A stretch of 64,000 bases of DNA from Azolla caroliniana (lineage: Eukaryota > Plantae > Polypodiophyta). The stretch spans positions 5,766,001-5,830,000 of the forward strand of contig JBHGNT010000004.1 in assembly GCA_043228905.1 (NCBI GenBank). Direction: 5' to 3'. The notes beneath the pieces were generated by a model. It made no database searches. It was not told where the DNA came from and was given only the letters and a program-made list of their open reading frames with translations. Below, in pieces: positions 51,545-62,256 of the stretch. A program made the translations under genes and the position numbers. Every line of letters begins with the position of its first letter. The stretch's first letter is position 1.

Positions 51545-53912
51545 ACGCGTAAGGTAAAGACAATAAGCACAGAACGGAATTGAACAGATACACAATAGTA
51601 ACAAAACTCTCTTATATTTATTCCCCCCTTATACATCGTTCTTCGGATCCTTTTATAGGTATCCGGTTCTGTTTACAAAACGGTGCCAACTAGTAACTTG
51701 CTATGAACTGGTCCGGATCCGGATCGGTACATCTTTTCCAGATCCGCCTGTTCCTATTATAATTCTCATTAATACTAATCTTAATAAATACGAAACCGGC
51801 TCTTCCCCAAACTATATTTCAACAAACGGCTAGCCGTTCTAACTCAACTCCTCATTCGGCCCGCTTAGCCGAAATGAGATCAGACTCTCTTCCAAAGTGC
51901 TAATTTCTTCCTCAACCATAGGATCGGCCTCATTGGCCTCATTTGCAAAGTTCGACATGTTGAGAATGCACCGTCTAGTGCGGAACAAATCAACGCTCTT
52001 CTGAAGAGAAGATCATAAATAAATACAATCAAGGTAGATTGATGAGTTTAAGCAACATCAATAGAAAGCGATAAGCAACCAGAATGCAAGAGAGAGAGAG
52101 ACGTTAGGCACAAGATGAACTGTATTTTTTAACAACCGCAAGACTAGGTTACAAAGTCAGTTTATATACTGACTAACTTAGGCCAATTGCGCTTCTCACT
52201 ATTTACATAAATAGGCTAAACCTAGTGTGCACAATAGGGACAAGTGTGTATACGTCCATTAGAGACCCATATTCGAGGGCGTATACATCCGAAATTTGTA
52301 GTATCAAAATAAGTGTACAATACAAATTAGTACAAAGTTTTCGAGCAAATCGAAATTTCGTTGGAGTCGGTGAACTTCGAGAAACAAAAGGCCGAATTGG
52401 CCGATGTCGAAAAGACTTACTGAACTTCGAACTATCGAAGTCGATTGTTCGAAAACATCTTGAGTGTTTGACTTTATCGGACTGATTCTTCGTTACACTC
52501 ATTTGGTGCCGAAGGGATTGAAATCGATCCACCGAAAGACAATCGGTCATCCCATCTGCGACATTGTTGGTTGTAGGTATCTTCTCGAGGCTGATTTTTC
52601 TTGATTCAATGAAGTAGTCCCTAACAAAGTGATATCGAACGTCGATATGCTTGGAGGCGTTGTGGTGAACTAGATTTTTTGAGAGAACAACAACACCATG
52701 ACTATCGTTGTAGACAACTGGAGTCAAGTCGGATTCGACTTGTCGAAACGTGCATGCTTGTCGTCCGAGCCATAAATTTTCTTTTGCCGCGTCTGACGTG
52801 GCTACGGATTCGTCCTTGGTTGTTGATGTAGTAGTGCACTCCTGGAGTTTTGATTTCCACGAGATCGCTCCATTGCCGTACTTGAAGCAATATCTGGTTG
52901 TCGATTTTTGACTGTCCACACAACAGTCTGAGTCGGTGTATCTGACTACGCCTGAAGTATCATTCAGACTGAATAGGATACCAAGGGCTTTTGTGCCCAC
53001 CAGATAACTAAACACATGCTTGACTGCGTTCCAATGCAATCAACCGGGATTGTGCATGAATCTGTTGACGACTCTGACGACATGAGCAATGTCAGGTCGT
53101 GTTGCAACCATCGCGTACATTAAGGAGCTAACTGTCGGTGCATACAATACTGACTTCATAATGTCCCCCTCCGAGCCGGATGTCGGGCAGTCTCGCTGAG
53201 ACAACCGAAGGCTAATGGGGAGCGGGGTCGAAGTAGATTTAGCCGATTGCATGTTGAAGCATTCGAGGACATGTTTAATATAGTTGGATTGGGACAAAAA
53301 CAATTGTCTTCGATTTCGATTCTGACTAATCTTCGTGTCGAGAATGTGTCTTGCCGGATCGAGGTTCTTCATGGCAAACTTTAACTGAAGTTTTCGAACG
53401 AGTTCGGCGAGCTTTCTGGCATGCCGACCGGAGAGTAGCATGTCGTCCACGTAGATGACGAGGAAGATGGGTGACCCATCTTGAGTAGTTTTTGTGAAGA
53501 GACAATGGTCCTCATCGCTCTTGGAGAAGCTGACCGACTGGATTATGTTGTCAAACTTCTTATGCTAGTGTTGTGGTGCTTGTTTAAGGCCGTATAGACT
53601 CTTCCTGAGGCAACATACTAGATGTTCCTGGCCTGGTACCACGAAGCCTTTCGACTGCACCATATAAAATTCCTCCTCTAGGTCACCACAGAGGAATGCC
53701 GTTTTGACATCTAGTTGGATCAGCTCCAAGTTCTAAGTTGCCACTACTACGAGCGTGAATCAAAGGGTTGTCATTTTCGCCATTGGTGAGAAGATTTTGT
53801 CGAAATTGATGCCATATTCTTGTCGAAAACCCTTAGCTACTAGTCTGGCCTTGAATTTTGGGGTGGCCCAATTAGACGTCTCTTCAACTCGATAGACCCA
53901 CTTGCACGGTAG

Positions 53913-56900
53913 TAACAATCAGTAATGGTTCGGTTCAATCGGTTTGAACCAAACCAAACCGCAACTTAATAGTTTCAACGGTTCGGTTTGGTTTTAATAG
54001 CCAAAAACCGCGGTTTAAACGGTTTAACGGTTTTTTATTTTTTTATTTGTAAAAAATTTGTAAAAAATTTTAAAATTGTTTTTAAACAATCTTTTCATTT
54101 TTAGACCTTATTCTCACATTTTAGGAACATCTTAAAAAATTTAAAAATATTTAATAATGAAATATTGTTAGGTAGTGAGACAAGAATGGGTCTAGTTAGT
54201 TAGGCATAGCGCCAAGAAGTGAAAGTTGTAACTAACATGACTATAAATAGAAACAAAGGATCTCCAATGCAGGACCCTTTTTGGAGCCTATTTGGTGTAT
54301 GTCACATTGGTGGAGATGACGGGCTCTTGCCATGACATCTGAAGGTGTAGGGTACTCCAACTGACCTCTTGATGAAGCACAGCAAGTTGACACCGACTCT
54401 TCTCATTAGCAGCCAATAATCGCCGCCGGGTCACCATCCACAACACAAAGATTTCATACACAATGCAGCAACCGCAAGGGGATAGCACTGTCAGCATGCA
54501 ACCTGAATTCATAGAACACACACAGGTTAACCCCGCCATGGAGCAGATGTTTCAAGCGATGTCAACAATGATGATGCAAGTAAATCATACAAACCAAACA
54601 CTTATGACATGGCTTACAAATCAATCCGATGGGGTAACGACCAAAAAGAGAAAGATTCTAGAATCCACCCAAGATCCTTCTTGGGTCTTCTAACCGAAGA
54701 TGTTCTAGCATGGTTGGATCATTTTGACAACGTGGCGAGTTATCATGAATGGCATGACGAAAGAAAGGCGTTAGAATTGCGAACGGTACTAGAGCATGTT
54801 GCTGCCACATGGTTCATTCAACAGCCCGAGGAAATCAAACAAAATTGGACCTACTTACGCGAGCAACTCAGACAACACTTCACAAACAACAATGTCACAC
54901 AAATAGCTCTCCAACAATTAAACAATTTACGTCAACAAGCACATGAACCTGTGACACAAATCGCCGTCAAAATGAAATAGTTGTTGCTGCGTGTCGACCC
55001 CAATATGGAGACCATGAAGCTCTATTTTCTACTACCACAACTACGCCATGACATATACCGTCGTGTTAGAGACCAAGGCCCAACGACATTCCAGATGGCT
55101 GTGCAAATTGTACAACGAATTGAGGTACCGGATTACATCGACCTATCACAGTCGACACCACCTGCAAATAACAATATTCAAAAGAAAACGATGGAGCCGA
55201 CCTCTGGTCCGATGGATATAGACATCCAAAATGTACAATTCAACACCAAAAAGAGCTTACCAGATAGAGACAATCATGGTAAGCCCCATTGTTTCTATTG
55301 TAATGGGTATGGCCATGTTAAAAAATATTGTAGGAAGTTTGCAACCTCTAGACATCATCAAAATGTACAAATCCAATTGGCCGACATTGCATCACTTGCC
55401 ATGGAACAGGGAAACAGCCAAGCGGAACATCGACGGAAGAGTAGCTCCCGCACATTCAAGCCACAAGCTCTCCGGACGTATGGTCTATTCTATAATAGCA
55501 CAAATAGATAACAGATCACATGAAGCCCTTTTAGATTCAGGAATCACCATATCTTCAATTAGTATAGATTTAGTAGAGTCACTAAATTTACCTACTTCAC
55601 CCGCAACACCAATCCAGGTCATCTTTGGCGATAAGCAAAAGATATACCAATAAGTTAGACACGCACATTGTACATTCACCATTGCCCAACACACCTTTCT
55701 TCATTCCTTCTATGTCTTATCGCACCAACTATTTCCAATGATGTTAGGTTGTGATTGGTTTATAAAGAATGGCGCACAACTGCACTTTGATACACAAACA
55801 TTAGTTTTACCTAATACAAACAATTTAACACACACATCTTGCACACCCAAATTCACCTAGAACCACCACAAGTACGGCTACACACAATGCATAGGATCCT
55901 TTGACATTTCCCTGACCTATTTCACAAGCCTACAAAGAGAACCAAGATCAATCTTCCGATGCAACATTCTATTCCCACAGCCGATTCAAGACCAGTTCGA
56001 ACCACACCCCGACGACGCTCACCATTAGATAACCATCTAATCAATCAAGCCGTGCAAGACATGCTAGAGAAAGACATCATCGATTCATCAAGTAGCGATT
56101 GGATTTCCGAGCCGCATCTCGTCTGTAAGGATGATGGTACATTCCGTTTTTGCATTGATTCCGAGTGCAGACAGATGCGTCTAATGTAGAAATAGGTGCC
56201 GTATCGTTACAACAAGACCACACAGATGAATGGCGACCAATTTCTTACATCAGCCGAGCACTCACAAACGCAGAACAAAATTACTCAACAATAGAGAAGG
56301 AATTCTTTGCAATGGTCTAGGCCTTTCAGAAATTCCACCCCTATTTGCATGGCACCACAGTGCAAGTCGAGACAGACCATCAATCACTCCTGTCTTTGAT
56401 CAACAAAAGTCATCCACGAAGACGACTACTCAGGTGGGCATTGGCACTGCAGGAAGACAAATTTACCCTAACCTACCGCCGAGGCGTGACAAATATAGTC
56501 GTGGATTCGTTATCCTGAATGGAGCATCAAGCCTCCAAATTCAGCATACAAAAGGATGAGCCCCTAGTTCACCCCCAACAAGTCGCAGAGCTACAACAAC
56601 AAGACCCTACTATTAAAGAGATTATCCTACAAATCCAAGAAGGTAGGCAAAGTCACATCCATCGTAATTTTATAATTATTAATAACATTTTACATTTTGT
56701 AAGCCAAGGTCAACCACCACGAGTCTACATACGAGAGGCTCTTCGTTCAAACTATCTAGAGTTCTACCATAGTAGTCAACTCATCGGGCACTTCGGATTC
56801 CACAAGTTGTTACATCGCATTCGATCCCTCTACTATTGGCCCAAGCTCTGTCAATCCATCTCTCAATTCTTGAAAGCATGCCCAACATGTCAGTCAATGA

Positions 56901-58434
56901 AGGCTCCTCAACAATCGTATAGGACATTACACCCTAGAGAAGTTACCGAACCCTTCGAGTTGGTGGGGTGGGACCTAATGGGCCCTTTCCCTACATCAAT
57001 TCATGGCAATAAATACATTTTGGTAATAACTGAATACCTAACCCGCTGGTGTGAGGCAATTGTCCTATCCGATGCCATGGTTAGTTCGGTCGCCCATGCA
57101 CTACTTCAACGAGTTATTTTTCCTCATGGTTGTCCACGCCAACTGTTGTCGAACCAAGGATCACAGTTCTGCAGTGAGGTTATTCGCATACTTAGCCATA
57201 GTTTGGGCATCACGCAAATCTTCACATCGTTGTATCATCCGCAGTCTAACAGGCTCATTGAACGCCTAAATCGAACAATTAAACAAGTAATCTCAACATA
57301 TGTGGATCCATTACACCAATCATGGGATCAAGTTTTACCCTTTGTTGTCCATGCATACAATACCTCGGTACAGGAATCTACTCGCATTAGCCCCTTTCGG
57401 GCATTGTATGGTCGCAATCCACGGCTGCCGTCAGACATACATGCTGTAAAAGTCCAACCTCGCCGCACGGATGCAACCGAATGGTGGTTGCACCTCCAGA
57501 CGCATCAGCCACTATTGCGATGCGCAATCCAACATAACGTGTGCATGGCCCAACAATGATAGCAAAAACATTTCGACGCTTCTCAGACGCCGCTCGAGTT
57601 ACAAGTAGGAGAAACAGTCCGATTATACTACCTGATTCGCAAGCCCGGACTTTGCGAATCATTCATGCATAGATGGTTAGGACCCTACATAGTTTTGGCA
57701 CGCATTAGACCACAAACATATCATTTGCGACGCACATCAAATTCTTCGGAGACAGTAGCTCAGATATGCAACATTAAATGCGTACATGTAGCTACCTCGG
57801 ATGCAGGTGACGAGCGATCAACCAAGGATCAGATTAGAGAGGCCCACGAGATCGTTCCGGTTGATGATTCCCCTCTGATTAGAGATGCCTGATTGCTAGG
57901 TAGAGGTCGTTCACCTCTCATTAGAAAGCCACAGTGAGGTCGCTCCTTTTGATTATGCAACAGAGTCTTTACATTCACTGTAAACCCTGGGTTTTTACTT
58001 TTCAAAAAGGGGGGGAGAAAGAGGAGGGTTGGATAAAGCCTAGCACCCTTTTTCAAAAAGGGGGAAGTGTTTAGTAGTGAGACAAGAATGGGTCTAGTTA
58101 GTTAGGCGTAGCGCCAAGAAGTGAAAGTTGTAAATAACATGACTATAAATAGAAACAAAGGATGTCCAATGAGGGACCCTTTTTGGAGCCTATTTGGTGT
58201 ATGTCACAATATTATAAATTTTAAAAAATTAAAAATTAAAAATTGAACTATGCTGAAAACCGAAACCAAACCACGAAACCATGGTTTTTACTGTGTAATG
58301 GTTTAACGGTTTCAAAATTGTTTAACAGTTTCGTGGTTTGGTTCAAGTTTTTAAAATTTTAAATGGTTCAGTTCTAAACCATTTCGGTTTGGACCCTCTA
58401 AAATCGAATCGAACCAAACCGTTGTCGATTGTTA
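53913..58434. mobile_element. hAT-type non-autonomous DNA transposon (MITE), split by a Gypsy insertion
   Basis: TIRs TAACAATC/GATTGTTA extend imperfectly to ~30 bp. 8-bp TSD CACGGTAG/CATGGGAG (two mismatches). Subterminal AAACC/GGTTT repeats. It interrupts copia C RT at ALPC|KWVYR. Confidence 0.8.
54166..58208 (+). mobile_element. Short-LTR Ty3/Gypsy without chromodomain; tRNA-Ala PBS, 4-bp TSD, RT largely deleted
   Basis: 141-bp LTRs at 54166-54306 and 58068-58208 (7 differences by eye). TSD ATAT. PBS TGGTGGAGATG at 54308 and PPT AAAAAGGGGGAAG. Gag with CFYCNGYGHVKKYC, G_GGA_AAC at 55409, PR LLDSG, RT FCID fused to RH RVQTDAS, and INT 56519-57559. Confidence 0.93.
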
Positions 58435-58907
58435 CATGGGAGAGCATGCTGATTCTTCGGTAATTCAACCAAGTCCCAAGTTTTGTTTGTGTGAATGGAG
58501 TTCATTTCCGACTCCATGGCCAAATGTGAAGTGGTCGAATCGGCTGAAGCTGATGCTTCTTCGTATGACGTTGGTTCTCTAGCGTCCGTGAAGAAGATTC
58601 CAAGAGAGTATCTCTCCGGAGGTTGCGACAGTCTTTTGGATCGTCGAGGTATGACTGGACTAGTTGCATGAAGTGTTGAAGTCGAATGATCCAAAAGCTA
58701 AGTCGGTGCTGGAGGTTTCGACTACCCGTAATGTCGACCTCGTGTTGTGTGCTGGGCCTTCATGAAGGGTTGGCACATCTTACCCTTCGGACTTTGATCA
58801 GCTTTTCGACCGATTGATGCATGGCTGACTCATTGAACACTATGTCCGAGCTTCGAACGATCTATCTGTGCTATGGGTCCTAGAGTCGGTATCCTATTTC
58901 TCCATCT

Positions 58908-59421
58908 TGTTGGGAGATAGGTCCCTCCGGATGGGAAGGGAGAAGAACAGTGCTGATGAACAAAATCGGCCGAGGCCGAAACCGGATGACGAGTACCCGG
59001 GTTCGGAGAGCCGGATGGTGCAGACCCAGTGAGAACTGGATGAGGAGTACCCAGCTTCGGAGAGCCGGATGGTGCAGACCCGGTGAGAACCGGATGAGGA
59101 GTACCCGGCTACGGAGAGCCGGATGGTGCAGACCCGGTGAGAACAGGATGAGGAGTACCCGGCTACGGAGAGCCGGATGGTGCAGACCCGGTGAGAACCG
59201 GATGAGGAGTACCCGGCTATGGAGAGCCGGATGGTGCAGACCCGGTGAGGAGTGCTCACCGAATGAAGAGACATATTCATAAATATGCTTCTGAGAGTCC
59301 ATCATGGCTATATTTGTAAATAGCCGAAAAGTCATATTAGTATAAATATGACTTAGGGAAAACTTTTAGAGTTGTTGTGATTTTCTTGTTGGTGTAAGAA
59401 GAGAGAGAGCGTGTAGCCGTG

Positions 59422-59466
<45 letters not shown>

Positions 59467-59735
59467 GTCGTTGCCTCTGTTGAAACCGCCGCATGTGGCG
59501 AAGATCATGAGCACGAGGTCGTTGCCTCCGTGAACTCACTTTTGTACATTCTAACATAGTGATAGTTTGCAGCCTGTGGGCTGCCGTGGTTTTTCCCTAG
59601 TTTGGGGTTTTCCATGTAAACATCCTGTGTACTCTTCTCTTCTTTGTGTCGTGCATTTGTCTCCCGTTTTCTGTGTATGATTCTAACCTCGGTTGTGGCC
59701 GAGCGTTGCGTATACGGAGCGTGTAGTTCCTGACA
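58908..59735 (+). mobile_element. Solo LTR (Tork-like family) with ~5 copies of a 54-bp repeat
   Basis: TGTTGG...TGACA termini and TSD CATCT. Repeat units start at 58982, 59036, 59090, 59144 and 59198. (AG)n tract near 59425-59460. Confidence 0.94.
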
Positions 59736-60934
59736 CATCTGATCCATAACCGAGGAAAATACATTTCCTGGACCTTGGTGCAAGTTTGCAGCGATCGTCT
59801 TTCGGTATGAGGGCGTATGCCTCGCACCCGAAAATCCTCAACTTGTCGTAATTCGGCTTGCTGTCGGCCCATAGTTCCTGACGTATCCGAAGTCCTAGAG
59901 GCCTACTCGGCGACATATTGATTATGTGTTTTGCTGTAAGTAGCGTCTCTACCCAGAAGCCATCCGACAGTCTGAAATTCCGTTCTGCTCTAGACTATAG
60001 GGTGTCGTATATACATGTTGCATGCCGCGTTCTCGGAAAAATCTGACGAATTCTTGGGATTTGAACTCTCCTCCATTGTCGGTCTGAAAGTATTTCAATT
60101 TTCAGTTGGACTGATTCTCGACCATAGCGAGCCAATCGGAAAAAATCGAGAACACTCGAGCTTTGGTTTTAATTGGGTAAGCCCACACCTTCTGAGTCGA
60201 GTCGTCAATAAAGCTGACGAAATATAAGGCACCGTCGAGAGACTGATGTGGCATATAGGACCACAGACGTCTGAGTGGACCAAATCGAGAGGACTCGATT
60301 CTCTCGGTGCTGAGGTTGGATGTGATGCGGCTATCTATTTGCCGTACTGGCAATGCTGATAGAAATGATGATAAGAGAAGGAGAATTTAGGGATATATCC
60401 GGCTCTAGATAAATGCATGATGCCGGCCTTGCTGAGGTGTCCGAGTCGTCCATGCCATAGTGATGACATAGGAATGTCAACCAAGAACAAGTCACCCTCT
60501 CTGAGTGTGACGTATAACGGGTACAACAAATGTACTTTCAGTCCTCGAGCAAGTAAGAGGTTCCCCTTGCGGAGTGTCCACCCTCCTGATGAGAAGGTGA
60601 CACGAATGCCATTTTCATCTAATTGTTAGACTGAGATCAAAGGTCTTGAGAGCTCAGGTACATGTCGGACATTGTGTAGTACCAGTGTAGAGCCAATCAG
60701 AAGATTGAGCTCTACTATGCCGATTTCGATTATGGCGCAATGCTGTTAATTTCCGACTCGGACTGAGTCAGAATGTCGATGAGGGGTCAGGTGATATGAA
60801 GTGCCCGGATCCAAGAGCCATGTGCTCGATTCCTCTATCGTAAACACCTTGAGTGTGCGCCAATTAACTTTGATGTGTCTGGGTTTCTTGCAGTAGTTGC
60901 AAACTTGATTATCTCGAGATTTGCTCTGACTTCG

Positions 60935-61442
60935 TTGGTTGTTCGGCTTCCGTGAAGAACCACTTCCTCGATTGTTTGATCGTTCAAACCTTGTACTACG
61001 TAAGCATCGTTGGCCGAATCGTTTGCAAATGATTTTGTCCGAGCTGCTTCAGTCAAAATTGCACTCGTGACTGAGGAGTACTTAACAGGAGCAGTCAACG
61101 CTATTGTAGTGTGCTTTGTACACTATGTAAAATATGTGTAGAGTACCCGATTGACTAAGTATAATTAAAGAAACAGGAGAAAATACTATTGGTTGTTCAG
61201 CTTCCGTGAAGAACCACTTCCTCGACTGTTTGATAATTCAAACGTTGTACTACGTAAGCATCGTTGGCCGAATCGTTTGCAAATGATTTTGTCCGAGCTG
61301 CTTCAGTCAGAATTGCGCTCGTGACTGAGGAGTACTTAATGGGAGCAGTTGATGCTATCATAGTGTGCTTTGTACACTATGTAAAATATGTGTAGAGTAT
61401 CCGATTGACTAAGTATAATTAAAGAAACAAGAGAAAATACTA
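60935..61442. repeat. 254-bp tandem duplication spanning the copia C gag / solo-LTR junction
   Basis: TTGGTTGTTC.GCTTCCGTGAAGAACCAC starts at 60935 and 61189. Confidence 0.92.
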
Positions 61443-62030
61443 AAGTAAGTATGTTACATTCATAGGGTAGGATTTGAACCTGGTACCTCCATGTTAACGA
61501 TTTCAAGCTTTACCATTGTACTAGCACATTATGAGTATTAAAGTTATACTAAACTTTATCCCATTTAAATATTCTAGATAAGCCTGATAGAAAAAGTTAC
61601 CATGCATACACACTCGAGCTAAATGAAAACGTATGATAGAAAAGCTAATCCTGCACTTGTAGTGTGCATGAACACTTGAGTTAAAGTAAAAGCATGATGG
61701 GAAAAGTTAATCAGGGACATCTAGTGTGCATGAACACTAGAGTTAGAAAAAGGCATGATGCTTGCATATGGTAAACTTAGACTCTCCCATCACTATATAG
61801 TCTAAACATTGATTAATATAATAATTGTGGAAATTCACGTGTCTTCGATCTCTCTTCCAATCTATTCCAATAAAACTAAAAAACTATACTTGTGGGATTG
61901 ACAAGTTTCTATCTCTCTTTCTTACAATTAACACATATTCGCATTAGCCTTAAAACTCTCCTCTTCCTAGTCCATAACCTCAGCGGTTTCCAGCCGACTC
62001 ACACAACGATTCGGCACTGAAAGGCCGACA
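61102..62030 (+). mobile_element. Second solo LTR with 4-bp TSD ACGC and a tRNA-like module (5' end duplicated)
   Basis: ACGC at 61098-61101 and 62031-62034. It ends ...GCCGACA. The starts TATTGT (61102) and TATCAT (61356) are consistent with a decayed TGTCGT. Removing it restores copia C gag VCNALTAPVKY. Confidence 0.75.
61461..61530 (-). ncRNA. tRNA-like degenerate module with A and B boxes inside an LTR
   Basis: Minus strand reads TAGTACAATGGTAAAGC ... GGAGGTACCAGGTTCAAATCCTAC. A-box to B-box spacing is tRNA-like. Confidence 0.55.
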
Positions 62031-62256
62031 ACGCATTGCACACAGTTGTAACGAAAGTTTCCCACGAAGGGGGGAGACTACTCATAAGCAACATTGCTCT
62101 TAGTTCATCCTCGATAGTCATCCCCTGAACCGCAATTTGGGAACTTAAGCTTTCGTACTCGTTAAGGTGTGCCTCGACCGAGTCAGATTCTTTCATCCGA
62201 GATTATAAAGGCGCCGAATCAGATATATCTTGGTGGCGTCTACCTTCTTCTCATAA

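Larger units (their letters stand above)
30365..51824 (-). mobile_element. Large non-chromoviral Ty3/Gypsy (Athila-like) with an extra 3' ORF, hosting four insertions
   Basis: LTR copies at 30365-30816 and ~50357-51824 (interrupted). TSD AATGG/AACGG. Gag ~49053-50300, PR IVDGGSGMNVI ~42980, RT (CVDYRKLN, FLDDF) 41600-42434 and 35600-35937, RH ~35300-35600. INT ends VNGFRLKPYY at ~33960. No chromodomain or extra RNaseH seen. Confidence 0.88.
51958..62256 (-). mobile_element. Decayed Ty1/Copia element (copia C) with nested insertions, 5' end lost
   Basis: LTR-type end TGTTGAGA...GTGCGGAAC at 51958. RH (SKHIDVRYHF), RT (YVDDML), INT (HSDVCGP), GAG-pre-integrase (LWHGRLGH), PR (WLLDPGTSYH) and gag (LLMSSLPPSWETF) remnants are present. 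Confidence 0.88.

Noticed and set aside
58880-59335. Repetitive ORFs and CRISPR-like periodicity (also 48693-49207)
   Set aside because: These are head-to-tail LTR minisatellites with no unique spacers, in a eukaryotic context.
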